Shown here in pieces: positions 20,078 through 30,194 of a stretch of 64,000 bases of DNA. Position 1 is the first letter of the stretch. Every line of letters begins with the position of its first letter. Under the pieces are notes generated by a model that worked only from the letters and a program-made list of their open reading frames with translations, was not told the origin of the DNA and did no database searches. The position numbers and the translations under genes are program-made. The DNA lies in contig JBMORT010000009.1 in the NCBI GenBank assembly GCA_049319825.1, positions 67,349 through 131,348 of the forward strand, written 5' to 3'. This DNA comes from Patescibacteria group bacterium. GTDB lineage: Bacteria; Patescibacteriota; Patescibacteriia; UBA11705; DATKZF01.

Positions 20078-20393
20078 ATGATAAATAATATTGAAGCTGT
20101 CACAAAAATAGCGATCTTCAAAGGTCAAGGGATTAGAAAAACTATTCATAATAATGAATGGTGGTTTTCTGTTGTTGATATAATTGCAGTTTTAACAGAC
20201 AGTGTGAATCCTCGTGATTATTGGTATAAAATGAAAGTTCGCGTAAAAAATGAAGACGGTGTTGAGTTGTCGACAAATTGTCGACAACTGAAACTTGAAT
20301 CATCAGATGGAAAAAGAAAGCGGCAATAAAGTTTCAACACAAAATAATTATCTCAATAAGCCCCAGGATAAGAAGTTATTAGGTAAAAATTAA
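20078..20393 (+). pseudogene. internally deleted Bro-N gene
   Basis: N-terminus resembles the 11437 protein up to SSDGK; out-of-frame tail EKESGNKVSTQNNYLNKPQDKKLLGKN* resembles its C-terminus. Confidence 0.8.
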
Positions 20394-20395
20394 AT

Positions 20396-20884
20396 ATGAA
20401 AAAGTTAGTGGTATTTTATTCCCTCGACGGCAGTACAAAATTTATTGCCAATATCATTGCGGAAAAGACCGGCGCTGAGCTCTTGGAATTAAAGCCGATC
20501 AAGCCGATCTCAAGCAAAGGATTTGGAAAAATGTTCTGGGGAGGAAAACAGGTGATGATGAAGCATAAGCCCGACTTGGAGCCGTTTGACAAAGATCCGC
20601 AAGATTATGATTTGATTTTTATCGGCACGCCGGTGTGGGCCTGGACTTTTACGCCGGCATTGCGAACATTTTTCAGCCAGGTTAAACTTCAAAATAAAAA
20701 GATCGCGCTTTTCGACTGCAATGGCGGCCAGCCGAAAGATACGCTTAATGATATGGCAAAAGAACTCGAAGGCAATGAAATTATTGGTCAATATGAATTC
20801 GAGGAGCCGATCAAGCGGCAAGAGGCTGCCAGAGAAATGGCGGAGAAGTGGGCGGGGGAAGTTTTAAATAAGTTAAATGAATAA
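20396..20884 (+). CDS. flavodoxin
   Basis: FYSLDGSTK, YDLIFIGTPVW. Confidence 0.85.
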   Translation: MKKLVVFYSLDGSTKFIANIIAEKTGAELLELKPIKPISSKGFGKMFWGGKQVMMKHKPDLEPFDKDPQDYDLIFIGTPVWAWTFTPALRTFFSQVKLQNKKIALFDCNGGQPKDTLNDMAKELEGNEIIGQYEFEEPIKRQEAAREMAEKWAGEVLNKLNE

Positions 20885-20886
20885 TT

Positions 20887-21579
20887 ATGAATCAGAGCGA
20901 AAGACCTTATGTTTTCTTGGTTACCGGAATGTCTCTGGACGGTAAAATTTCCAATTATAAAAGGACATGCTCGCCGATTTCAAGCGATGACAATCGGGAC
21001 ATGCTTTATGACGGCAGAATCAGAGCTGATGCGGTGATGGTTGGCGGCAGGACATTGCTTTTAGATGATTCTGCATTGGATGTTAAAACAGAAGAGAGGC
21101 AAAATAAGCGTGTACAATTAGGTAAAACCAAGCAGCCAATGAAAGTGGCTGTCGTTTCAGATGCAAGTGATTTGAAGTTGGATTCTGACTTTTTAACAAG
21201 AGGCAATGGTGATAAAATAATATTTACTACTGAAAGAACTTCCAAAGAAAAAATCAGAGAGCTTGAAAAAGTATGCAAAATTTTTGTAATTGGAAATGAA
21301 AAAGTTGATTTGAAACAAGCTTTAGCAAAGCTTAAAAAGTTTGGAGTGAAAGAATTAATGGTCGAAGGCGGCGGAGAATTGATTTATTCCTTATTTAAAT
21401 ATGATTTGGTTGATGAAATAAATTTGAAGATCGGCGATATAATTTTAGGGGGAAGAAATGCTTCAACTTTATGCGATGGTGACGGATTTTTAGCTGATAC
21501 AGCTAAAAGAGTTGAATTAATTGATTTGAAGCGGATGGGAAGTGTTTTAGTTCTGAAATATAAAGTAATTCGTGAATAA
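20887..21579 (+). CDS. RibD C-terminal (pyrimidine reductase / DHFR-fold) protein
   Basis: MSLDGKI, DAVMVGG.T, LMVEGGG, LVDE. Confidence 0.85.
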   Translation: MNQSERPYVFLVTGMSLDGKISNYKRTCSPISSDDNRDMLYDGRIRADAVMVGGRTLLLDDSALDVKTEERQNKRVQLGKTKQPMKVAVVSDASDLKLDSDFLTRGNGDKIIFTTERTSKEKIRELEKVCKIFVIGNEKVDLKQALAKLKKFGVKELMVEGGGELIYSLFKYDLVDEINLKIGDIILGGRNASTLCDGDGFLADTAKRVELIDLKRMGSVLVLKYKVIRE

Positions 21580-21631
21580 ATTCCAGCGAATTTTTTATAC
21601 TATTGCACCAAAAATTCGCTGATAAAATGAT

Positions 21632-21892
21632 ATGAGAATCGAGAAAAAAGTCTGGCCGAAATATTTCCAAAAAATTTTGGACGGCGATAAAACTTTTGAA
21701 ATCCGCCTGGCTGATTTTGAGTGCGGCCCGGGTGACACTTTGGTTTTAAAGGAATGGGATCCGGAGACTGAAAAGTATACTGGACGTGAAATTGAAAAAG
21801 AGATTACTTATGTTTTAAAAACCAAAGAGTTGGAATTTTGGCCAGAGGAAGACGTTGAAAAATACGGCTTTCAGATAATTTCATTTAAATAA
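21632..21892 (+). CDS. ASCH/PUA-like DUF3850 protein
   Basis: KKVWP.YF..I..G.KTFEIR..D....GD.L.L.EW....YTGR. Confidence 0.85.
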   Translation: MRIEKKVWPKYFQKILDGDKTFEIRLADFECGPGDTLVLKEWDPETEKYTGREIEKEITYVLKTKELEFWPEEDVEKYGFQIISFK

Positions 21893-21894
21893 AC

Positions 21895-23046
21895 ATGAAA
21901 ATATTATTTTTTACTGACACATTTTTACCGGAGATCAGCGGCGTGGTCACTTCAGTGGTTAATTTTTCGAAAAGATTGGCCGAGCGCGGCCATGAAATTT
22001 TTATTTTCACCACCCAAAAAAAATCAGCAGAAAAAATCGACCTCGGGCCGCGCATTCATCTGCGGTATTTCAAGCCGATGAATTTTTTAATTAAATATCC
22101 TGATTTTCATCTGGCGCAGCCGGAGATTATCAAAACATTCAAAGATATCAGAGAAATAAAGCCGGATATCATTCATCTTCACATTCCTTCGCCGCAAACC
22201 TGGATGGCGATCGTGCTGGCGCGGCATTATAATATTCCGGTCATTGCCACTTACCACACGCTGCTGCCTAAATTTCTGGGCCATACCTCGCTTCGGGTGC
22301 TGGGCAATGGCAAATCAATGGAAAAGCTGGCCTGGGCATACACGAAAACTTACTATAATCGCCTGAATTTGATCATCACTCCCAGCAAAGTGATGAAGCA
22401 GCAGCTGGCCAGACACGGAGTGAAAAAGAAAATCGAAGTGGTCAGTAATGGCGTCGACGAGACGGTTTTTTCGTATAATCCGATCGCCCATGATAAAATT
22501 CGTCTGCTTCATCTGGGCAGAATAAGCGATGAAAAAAATATTGATCAGGTCGTTCAGGCATTTAAATTGGCAAGGCAAAAAAATGATCAGCTGACATTAT
22601 CCATTTTAGGAGATGGCCCGGCGCTGGGCAGCATTAAAAAGCTGGTTGAAGATTTAAATCTTGGCGGCGACGTCACTTTCATTTCGCCTCAGCCGCTCAG
22701 CGAGCTGCCCAAATTTTATAATGCCCATGATATGTTCGTGACCGCATCGCCGATTGAAACCGAAGGCATAGTAATCTTGGAAGCCATGACTTGCGGCCTG
22801 CCAATAGTCGGCTGTCGCGAAATGGCTGTGCCGCATTTGGTGAGGCATAACAAAAATGGCTATTTATTTGAAAATGGCGATATTGATCGAATGGCTGAGT
22901 ATATGCAGACGCTTGCCATGAATGTAAAAAAACGAAAGCGATTTTCCAGAAATTCATTGGAAATGAGCAAAAGATACGCGCTGAAAAGAAGCATTGATAA
23001 AATTGAAGGAATTTACAAGAAATTAATCAAGAAGAATGTGAAATAG
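21895..23046 (+). CDS. GT4 glycosyltransferase
   Basis: TDTFLPEISGV, TYHT, SNGVD, GRIS.EKN, E..GIVILEAM.CGLP. Confidence 0.9.
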   Translation: MKILFFTDTFLPEISGVVTSVVNFSKRLAERGHEIFIFTTQKKSAEKIDLGPRIHLRYFKPMNFLIKYPDFHLAQPEIIKTFKDIREIKPDIIHLHIPSPQTWMAIVLARHYNIPVIATYHTLLPKFLGHTSLRVLGNGKSMEKLAWAYTKTYYNRLNLIITPSKVMKQQLARHGVKKKIEVVSNGVDETVFSYNPIAHDKIRLLHLGRISDEKNIDQVVQAFKLARQKNDQLTLSILGDGPALGSIKKLVEDLNLGGDVTFISPQPLSELPKFYNAHDMFVTASPIETEGIVILEAMTCGLPIVGCREMAVPHLVRHNKNGYLFENGDIDRMAEYMQTLAMNVKKRKRFSRNSLEMSKRYALKRSIDKIEGIYKKLIKKNVK

Positions 23047-23098
23047 GCAGTAGGCAGAAGTATTTTAAGATATTCTTAAGTTCAAATAAAAACAAAAT

Positions 23099-23500
23099 AT
23101 GTCTATACGAATTCCGTTAAATGCTTTGATTTTAACTTTGATAAACTTGGGATCAGTACTTTTATCTTTAGAAATAGTGAATGTGTCCAGCATTAGGAAT
23201 AATGTCGCTTGGGTAGCGGCACTTCTAGCTGTCTTATTCAGTATGATCGGATATTGGGTATTTCGATTCATCGCCAGAAGTTTCAGGGAGCGATTTGTGA
23301 TTTTTCAGGGTATTGCCTTTGCGTATCTGTATATATTCTCTTTGATTTGGATGGCAGTTATTTATATCGCCGGATATTACATGATTCGCGGCAGCTGGCC
23401 AGAATTCGGAAATCTGGTAATGCTCTGGGCTTTTCAGCTGCCTACGAATTATTTGGCTCTATATATTGTGTATGAAATTCATCATAAACAAGTAAAATAA
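23099..23500 (+). CDS. hypothetical membrane protein
   Basis: About 4 hydrophobic segments; tight operon spacing. Confidence 0.65.
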   Translation: MSIRIPLNALILTLINLGSVLLSLEIVNVSSIRNNVAWVAALLAVLFSMIGYWVFRFIARSFRERFVIFQGIAFAYLYIFSLIWMAVIYIAGYYMIRGSWPEFGNLVMLWAFQLPTNYLALYIVYEIHHKQVK

Positions 23501-23504
23501 ATTT

Positions 23505-23918
23505 ATGTTTAAATTTTATTATCCAATCAGAATAAAATCTTTAATCATTCCGGTAATTTTTTGGGCAGGCTGGATGATCGCTTGGATCTGGGCGCCGTCG
23601 GAGATTTTGGTTTGGGGGCCGATCAAATATATCATCATCGCCATTTTCGCTCCCATCGGCGTAATAATTTTAGGCGCGCTGACTGGCTATCGAGTTGAAT
23701 TTGATCAGGTGACGCTCAAAGTCGGATTTTTTCCGTTTATCAGAAAAATTAAAGTTGAAAAAGTGTCAGCCATCAAAAAGGGCGGCATCTATCCGCGCAG
23801 TCTGTGGCAGACGTCAGATTTCGTGACGCTGGGATTCAAAGATAAAAAAGGTTTTTCTTTCCCCTGCAACGAGGCGGAGAAAATAATCGATATTTTAAAA
23901 AGATTCATCAAGCCATAA
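23505..23918 (+). CDS. membrane protein with bacterial PH-like domain
   Basis: Two TM helices followed by a Y.V....L.V....F...I beta domain. Confidence 0.6.
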   Translation: MFKFYYPIRIKSLIIPVIFWAGWMIAWIWAPSEILVWGPIKYIIIAIFAPIGVIILGALTGYRVEFDQVTLKVGFFPFIRKIKVEKVSAIKKGGIYPRSLWQTSDFVTLGFKDKKGFSFPCNEAEKIIDILKRFIKP

Positions 23919-23920
23919 TT

Positions 23921-24340
23921 ATGAGAAAATTACCCAAAGTCGGCGTCGGCGTCATTATCCGAAAAGACAATAAAGTTTTATTAGGCTTGCGCACCGGGCA
24001 TCATGGAATCGGGACGCACAGCCTGCCCGGCGGACATCTCGAATGGAACGAAAGCATTGAACAATGCGCCAAGCGTGAGACTTTAGAAGAAACCGGATTG
24101 AAGATAAAAAATTTGCGGCACTCAATTTATACCAATGACATTTTTAAAAAAGAAAAAAAGCACTATGTCACGGTTTTTATCGTCGCTGATTATGCGAGTG
24201 GCGAGCTGAAAATAAAAGAGCCGAATAGGGAAGTAAACTGGCGCTGGTACAGCTGGAATAAATTGCCAAAGCCGCTTTTTCTGCCGGTGAAGCATTTGGT
24301 CGAGGCGGGATTTAATCCGTTTAAAAATGTAAGGGATTGA
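23921..24340 (+). CDS. NUDIX hydrolase (NUDT15/MutT-like)
   Basis: P.VGVGV, LPGGHLE.NES...CA.RETLEETG, TNDIF, HYVT. Confidence 0.9.
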   Translation: MRKLPKVGVGVIIRKDNKVLLGLRTGHHGIGTHSLPGGHLEWNESIEQCAKRETLEETGLKIKNLRHSIYTNDIFKKEKKHYVTVFIVADYASGELKIKEPNREVNWRWYSWNKLPKPLFLPVKHLVEAGFNPFKNVRD

Positions 24341-24406
24341 AAAAAAATAAGTATTTTGCTATACTGCTTTAGTGAAATAAATATTTGAAAATTCGAAATT
24401 TTGTTC

Positions 24407-24483
24407 GGGCGTATGGCTCAGCTGGTTAGAGCGCTACCTTCACACGGTAGAGGTCTCTGGTTCGAATCCAGATACGCCCACCA
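24407..24483 (+). tRNA. tRNA-Val(CAC)
   Basis: GGGCGTA/TACGCCC acceptor stem, ctacc-tt-CAC-ac-ggtag, GGTTCGAATCC, encoded CCA. Confidence 0.97.
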
Positions 24484-24712
24484 TTCTTCGCTCGCTAGAG
24501 CGAAGAATGTCCTCCGAAGCCGTCCTTCACTAAAAGCTCCGAACAGCGAAGGAGGACCAGTAAAATAAGTTCGTACTGCCCTTCTTGACGCGAGCTTCGA
24601 ATGGCGCAGCCATTTCAGGGCGAAGGATGTCGTTCGAAGCCTTGGCGAGGAACGCCCAAGTTACGTATAGGTACTGAAGCTCTCAATCGCTTCGGATGGC
24701 ATGGCCATCCTG
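24482..24712. repeat. cluster of REP-like imperfect palindromes (CCTTCGC..GCTTCGG family)
   Basis: cattcttcgctc-gcta-gagcgaagaatg; tcctccgaagc...gcgaaggagga; gttcgaagccttggcgaggaac; tgaagc...gcttcg. Confidence 0.65.
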
Positions 24713-24758
24713 AATTTTAAAGCAAACACCGATTTCGGCGTTTTTTTTATTGTTGCTA

Positions 24759-24787
24759 TTGACTAATCTGGTTAAAATATCTACAAT
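24759..24787 (+). promoter_or_regulatory. sigma70-type promoter
   Basis: TTGACT-N17-TACAAT, followed by AAGGAGG SD and ATG at 24833. Confidence 0.65.
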
Positions 24788-24832
24788 ACCAAATCCTGTG
24801 AAAGGATGGAACCTTTACAAAGGAGGCACCCA

Positions 24833-26017
24833 ATGCCCGGCCGAAAGGAAATTGCCAAAAGAAGAATTACAGCCAAAGAGCTGTTTGAAATGGGCCATAA
24901 GATACCTGATATTGCTGACATGTTAAGAGTGGCAAAGGAAACAATCGATCGGGACTTATTCATTATCAGAGATGAAAAGGAAAATAAGCCGGCCCCAAAG
25001 CGTAGTCTGTTGGCTAGATCGATCGTCATCATTTTGGCTGAACGCGAAGAGGAACTTGATTTAAGAAAAGCGCTTGGCCGCTGGCGGCCGCTGGCGCAGT
25101 TGCCAGCTCAGGCGAAGACCATTGAACTGGTGCTTGGAGAACTTCGGGTCGGCACTGATTTGCCGAAAAAATATCAAAGAATCATCAATGACATTTTCGG
25201 CGACTATTACCGTCCAGCCGAGGACATGGTTATTTTACGAAAATTGCCTGAAATTCTTCACTATGTCTGCCAAGAAACAATTCCCGAAACCGAAAACGAG
25301 CTGATCGCGGCCTATGTCAGGCAATATAAAACAGCAATAAGGCGATTTACCGGCGATATCGCCTTGCCGTGGTGTCCGGCAGTAATTATTTATGAGATTG
25401 ATGAGGCCATCGCCTCGCTCAAGCCGCTGCAGCGGCACGCAATTAACTTGCGCTACGGCGAAAAAATGACTTTTAGAGCCATTGGCAAAGAAATGGGTTA
25501 TCGCAGTGGGCAAAGAGCCAGACAAATCATCGAAAGAGCGTTCATTACTCTCCGACATCGGATTAAAATCCGTGAAATTATGCCAGAAGTCGACACTCTG
25601 CGGTCCGAAATCAAGCGGCTGAATGATTTGCTGGGTAAGCAGGAAAGATTTAGTAAATTCCAAGCTCTGCAGCTAAAGTCTCTTAGAGACGGCCAGTGGC
25701 CATCGGAAGCTGAAATTGCTGAATATACGCCCCATTTCAAAGAGTTGTTTACCAGTCTTGATGAACTTGAATTATCGTGTCGATCGGCTAATTGCCTGCA
25801 AAACGCCAATCTCCGTTTGGTCGGGGAATTGGCGCAGACAACAGAGGAGGAATTGCTCAAAACCAAGAATTTTGGACGCAAATCGCTCAGAGAAATCAAA
25901 GAGATTTTAGCCGAGATGGGTCTTTCGCTTGGAATGAACGGACCCGAGATTGACGTTTTCAATGACCGGCTCAATCGGGAGTCGGCAAGTCAGCGCCACG
26001 GCAACGAAGTCAGATAG
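24833..26017 (+). CDS. HTH + sigma70 region-4-like + RNA polymerase alpha-CTD fusion protein
   Basis: N-terminal HTH; [38 protein letters not shown]; C-terminal [23 protein letters not shown]...[25 protein letters not shown]. Confidence 0.8.
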   Translation: MPGRKEIAKRRITAKELFEMGHKIPDIADMLRVAKETIDRDLFIIRDEKENKPAPKRSLLARSIVIILAEREEELDLRKALGRWRPLAQLPAQAKTIELVLGELRVGTDLPKKYQRIINDIFGDYYRPAEDMVILRKLPEILHYVCQETIPETENELIAAYVRQYKTAIRRFTGDIALPWCPAVIIYEIDEAIASLKPLQRHAINLRYGEKMTFRAIGKEMGYRSGQRARQIIERAFITLRHRIKIREIMPEVDTLRSEIKRLNDLLGKQERFSKFQALQLKSLRDGQWPSEAEIAEYTPHFKELFTSLDELELSCRSANCLQNANLRLVGELAQTTEEELLKTKNFGRKSLREIKEILAEMGLSLGMNGPEIDVFNDRLNRESASQRHGNEVR

Positions 26018-26144
26018 CGCAACGGTTATCCGGCTATTTAATAAATAGCCGGTTTTATATTGGCAGAATTATGCACAGGGGAGTCTACATTTGGCATTAA
26101 AAATGGTATAATTTGTTTAACTTTTAAATAAAATAAAAAAAATT

Positions 26145-29100
26145 ATGAATTTTAGGCAAGAGTCAATTTTCAAGTATTTTTTAATCTGCGTTTCACTTTT
26201 TTGTCTGTTCTTCTACGTGGTGCAGATAATCAATGCTTATCCTTTTGAAACAGTGCGTCAAGACACTGTAAACGGCTCGGATGTCGCCGTATTGGTATCT
26301 GAGGATTTTAATACCGATGGCTGGCTCGATGTGGCGGCCACCAGCTGCAATGATAACACGCTTTCGGTGCATATGGGCAGGGGGGATGGCTCGTTTGAAG
26401 ACGCGGTTTCATATTCGACCGGAAATTGTCCATGGGCGGTTCGATCAGGCGATTTTAATTTGGATCGTAATGTCGATTTGATGGTGACCAATTCAGGGGA
26501 AGATACGATCACGGTTTTTTTAGGAAATCCTGACGGGTCATTTAATGCCGGAATTGACTATACGGTTGGAAATAATCCTTATGACGCGGTCGCTTCGGAT
26601 CTCGATGGAGACGGATTTTTGGATTTAATCGTCGGGAATTATAGCGATAGCACCGTGTCCGTTTTGTTAAATGACGGTACGGGTAATTTCAATTTTGACT
26701 CTGAGTATGACACGGGCGATAATAATTGGGGAGTTGTTGCCGGAGATTTTAATAACGACGGCTTTAATGATATTGCCACCGCAAATTATAATGACGATAG
26801 TGTGTCAGTGCTGCTGGGCAATGGAGACGGCACGCTTGGAATCCATACGGATTATCCTGCCGGAGACAATCCTGATGCGATCACTGCCGCCGATCTAAAT
26901 AGGGATAATCAATTGGATTTGATGACCTCAAATGAATTGAGTAATGATGTTACTGTTTTGATAGGAAACGGGGATGGCACGTTTCAGGCGGCAATCAGTT
27001 ACGGGGTCGGGGCGGCACCGTATTCCGTAGCTGCTAAAGATTTGAATAATGATCGCTATCCGGATTTGATAACGGCAAATTACAACGATAATACCGTTTC
27101 CGTGTTGATTAATAATGGCGGCCTAAACTTCAACGCGGCCACGAATTATTCATCAGGATATGGAACTTTTTGGGCGATCGTGGCGGATATCGATGACAAC
27201 GCCATTCCGGATATTGTCACGGCCGATTACGATTATGGAATTTTTTCCGTGCTTTTCGGAAATGGCAACGGTACATTCAAGGTTTTACCGGAATATTCGG
27301 TTGGGGATTCTCCCTACTTTGTTTATAGCGCCGATATCAATAAAGACAATAAGCCGGATTTAATATCGGCTAATTACGATTCTGATAATATTTCCGTACT
27401 AATCAATAATGGTAAGGGGACTTTTGCCAATGCTCAGAATTATAATGTCGGGAGTAATCCCGGTTCCCTGGTATCCTCGGATTTAAATAAAGACGGCGAT
27501 GAGGATTTGATTGTCGCCAACTATGGAAGCTCGACATTTTCCGTGCTTTTTGGCAATGGAAATGGAAGTTTTGGCGATCCCGTTGATTATTTGACAGGCT
27601 CCGGACCCAGGCAGGTAAAAACCGCGGATGTTGACAATGATGGTGATCAGGATATGGTGATCGTCGGGTCAAAAGTGGTTTGTCGCTTGCCGATTTTTCC
27701 CATATTATTCGTAATCAGACCTCGTCCGCCGTTTCCTCCGGACTGTCGATTAAGAAATTTCGGTTCAGTATATTATAATGACGGTACCGGATCTTTCACC
27801 GGCAGCGCCGCTTTAACGGTGGGAGGAAATCCGATGGATATTTCGACCGGAGATTTTAACGGTGATGATTATATCGATTTAGCGTATTCAGTCGCCGACG
27901 AAGGTAACTTGTATGTTGTTTTGAATGATGGAGCTGGTGTATTCGGATCACCGACGTCCTACGCCGCCGGCGGCGGCGCTCATGGCGTCAGCCTGGCCGA
28001 TTTTGATCAAGATGGAATACTTGATGCGGCAGTTTCAAATACCGATGATAATACCATATCATTGTTGATCGGCAATGGAGACGGATCATTCCAGCCGGCC
28101 GTTCAATACGATTCCATCGGCGGGCCGGCGATGATGATCGCTTATGATATTGATAAGGATTCAAAAATAGATCTGATCGCCACAAACACCGCGGCTGAAA
28201 ACTTCGCGATATTGATGGGAGCAGGCAGCTTTAGCGCCACCAAATATTTCGGAGCGGGAGATGCTCCCGTCGCTGTCGCTCATGGCGATTTTAATCATGA
28301 CGGTTATGATGATTTGGCCATTGCCAATTCCGGAGAAGATTCCATATCCGTCGCTTTTAATCGCGCTGCTCGTGCGGGCTCTGGCGGCGGTGGCGGGGGA
28401 GGATCAAATTTTTTGCCTCCCGAAGCATTCTTTCCTCCAAGTCCTCCTGAGGACGGTTTTTCAGTCGAGCTTTACGAAGACAACGATACTAATGACGCTT
28501 GTAAAATGTTTTTGGTGATGAATGGCGGTGTGGACGCCAATAGAATAACCATATCTAATAACCCGGAGTTCGAGCACGCCATTTTAGATTCATATTCGCC
28601 GGTGATGACTTGGAATTTTTGCGATAACCCGACCAACCATGGAATCGGTAACAAAGATGTTTCCGCGGTCGCTGAAAGTCAAATGATTTACGTCAAATTT
28701 TACACGAAATGGGGCAGATGCAGTGATCCGATCAGTATTTCACTGGACAGTATAAAAACCTATGCTGAATTTGAACAGATGATGGTATCCGATGGCAGCG
28801 TCATTGCCGCCAGTGGAGATTCGACTGTGTATTTGATTAAAGATAAAGCCAAATGGCCGTTTATGAGTCAACATGTTTTGGAATCATGGGGGTATCGAGA
28901 AGAGAATGTTATTTCCGTATCGAATTTAAATCTGTGGGCGACCGGGCATGAATTATGGTACCCGATCGATCACCACTATATCCAGGGAATGCTAGTCACC
29001 GGAAAAGATAAATTGTATATTATCTCCGACTCAACGCTAAGAGAATTTGACACAGATTCGATCGCCGAAAAATTGGGATATAAAATTGCTAATGCCGTGA

Positions 29101-29339
29101 CTTTGCCAGATTACATCTTAAACGATTTTCAGATCGGTTCAAAAATCGAGTCGGATTCAGCGCATCCTGACGGCACATTGATAAAATATGATAACAGTCC
29201 GAATGTCTATTTGCTTGATAATGGAGAGAAAAGATGGATCGTGACGATGAACGCTTTCGTTTCCGGCGGATATAATTGGGATTCAATCATAACCATTCCC
29301 GATGATCATCAATATCCTAACGGAGAATCAATAAAATAA
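26145..29339 (+). CDS. large secreted FG-GAP/VCBS-repeat (beta-propeller) surface protein
   Basis: Signal peptide; about 13 repeats of D(F/L)N.DG..D...AN.....VSVL.GNGDGTF; Gly linker; C-terminal DG.LI....VYL repeats. Confidence 0.9.
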   Translation: MNFRQESIFKYFLICVSLFCLFFYVVQIINAYPFETVRQDTVNGSDVAVLVSEDFNTDGWLDVAATSCNDNTLSVHMGRGDGSFEDAVSYSTGNCPWAVRSGDFNLDRNVDLMVTNSGEDTITVFLGNPDGSFNAGIDYTVGNNPYDAVASDLDGDGFLDLIVGNYSDSTVSVLLNDGTGNFNFDSEYDTGDNNWGVVAGDFNNDGFNDIATANYNDDSVSVLLGNGDGTLGIHTDYPAGDNPDAITAADLNRDNQLDLMTSNELSNDVTVLIGNGDGTFQAAISYGVGAAPYSVAAKDLNNDRYPDLITANYNDNTVSVLINNGGLNFNAATNYSSGYGTFWAIVADIDDNAIPDIVTADYDYGIFSVLFGNGNGTFKVLPEYSVGDSPYFVYSADINKDNKPDLISANYDSDNISVLINNGKGTFANAQNYNVGSNPGSLVSSDLNKDGDEDLIVANYGSSTFSVLFGNGNGSFGDPVDYLTGSGPRQVKTADVDNDGDQDMVIVGSKVVCRLPIFPILFVIRPRPPFPPDCRLRNFGSVYYNDGTGSFTGSAALTVGGNPMDISTGDFNGDDYIDLAYSVADEGNLYVVLNDGAGVFGSPTSYAAGGGAHGVSLADFDQDGILDAAVSNTDDNTISLLIGNGDGSFQPAVQYDSIGGPAMMIAYDIDKDSKIDLIATNTAAENFAILMGAGSFSATKYFGAGDAPVAVAHGDFNHDGYDDLAIANSGEDSISVAFNRAARAGSGGGGGGGSNFLPPEAFFPPSPPEDGFSVELYEDNDTNDACKMFLVMNGGVDANRITISNNPEFEHAILDSYSPVMTWNFCDNPTNHGIGNKDVSAVAESQMIYVKFYTKWGRCSDPISISLDSIKTYAEFEQMMVSDGSVIAASGDSTVYLIKDKAKWPFMSQHVLESWGYREENVISVSNLNLWATGHELWYPIDHHYIQGMLVTGKDKLYIISDSTLREFDTDSIAEKLGYKIANAVTLPDYILNDFQIGSKIESDSAHPDGTLIKYDNSPNVYLLDNGEKRWIVTMNAFVSGGYNWDSIITIPDDHQYPNGESIK

Positions 29340-29396
29340 GATGATTAAAACGGCGGTTTATCCGTCGTTTTATATTTTAAAAAAGACAGTCTTGGA

Positions 29397-30017
29397 CTAT
29401 CTTTTTATGATGTGTTTGGACAAACTGGAAACAGCCATCAGCAAGGCAAAGCCCAGCACCGCGTTCGCCACTCTGACCAGCACGTAAGTGTTGGCGATTT
29501 GCGACAGGAAAAGCAGCAGTATGCCGATGATTTCCAGATTGCATTTGAGCTTGCCGGAAATATTGGCCTTAAGATCAGCTTTTTCTCCGGTCGCCAATGA
29601 ATCGATCATTTTAAAAATTCTGGTAATCACCAGTGAGCCTTCGACTAGAATAAGAGCCCAGACGAAAAATTGATCGACTGTTCCTTCAAAGAAAATCGCC
29701 AGGGGAACCAGGAAAATCAGCTTATCGACCAGCGGATCGAGAAACGCGCCCAGCTCTGTTTCTTTTTTCGTGGCTCTGGCCAGTGCGCCGTCCAGCAGGT
29801 CAAGCGGCCAGGCTATCAGATAAACCAAAAAAGCCTGCGTCAGCTGTTGGTTTTGAAAGAGTACGATCACTGGTACGATTGAGGCGAGATGTAAAACAGT
29901 CACGAAATTGGGGGTGATTTTTTGAATCGAGCGATGCTCTTTTATGAAAGAAACCAGCTGTCGGTCAAGCTGGTAGTACATTGATTCAAAAATCATCAAA
30001 ACGGTGTTGACATTCAT
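29397..30017 (-). CDS. CDP-alcohol phosphatidyltransferase (PgsA-like)
   Basis: TPN.VT, DLLDGALAR....T.LGAFLDPLVDK, GKLK. Confidence 0.85.
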   Translation of the reverse strand: MNVNTVLMIFESMYYQLDRQLVSFIKEHRSIQKITPNFVTVLHLASIVPVIVLFQNQQLTQAFLVYLIAWPLDLLDGALARATKKETELGAFLDPLVDKLIFLVPLAIFFEGTVDQFFVWALILVEGSLVITRIFKMIDSLATGEKADLKANISGKLKCNLEIIGILLLFLSQIANTYVLVRVANAVLGFALLMAVSSLSKHIIKR

Positions 30018-30194
30018 GTCGCCCCTTCCGATGAGCTCATGTCAGGTATGGTAAATAACCGCAAGATTGTTGTCAAACTTGAAGCTGTTAACGATCGGAT
30101 TCTCCAGATATTGTATCACATCGGGAGCATTATACACAGCTGCTGTTTACAGTATTATCTAGATTTAATATATTACATCCAGCAGGAGGCGAAC

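Noticed and set aside
16816-24340. Integron
   Set aside because: No tyrosine integrase, and intergenic gaps are mostly a few bp with no attC-like sites
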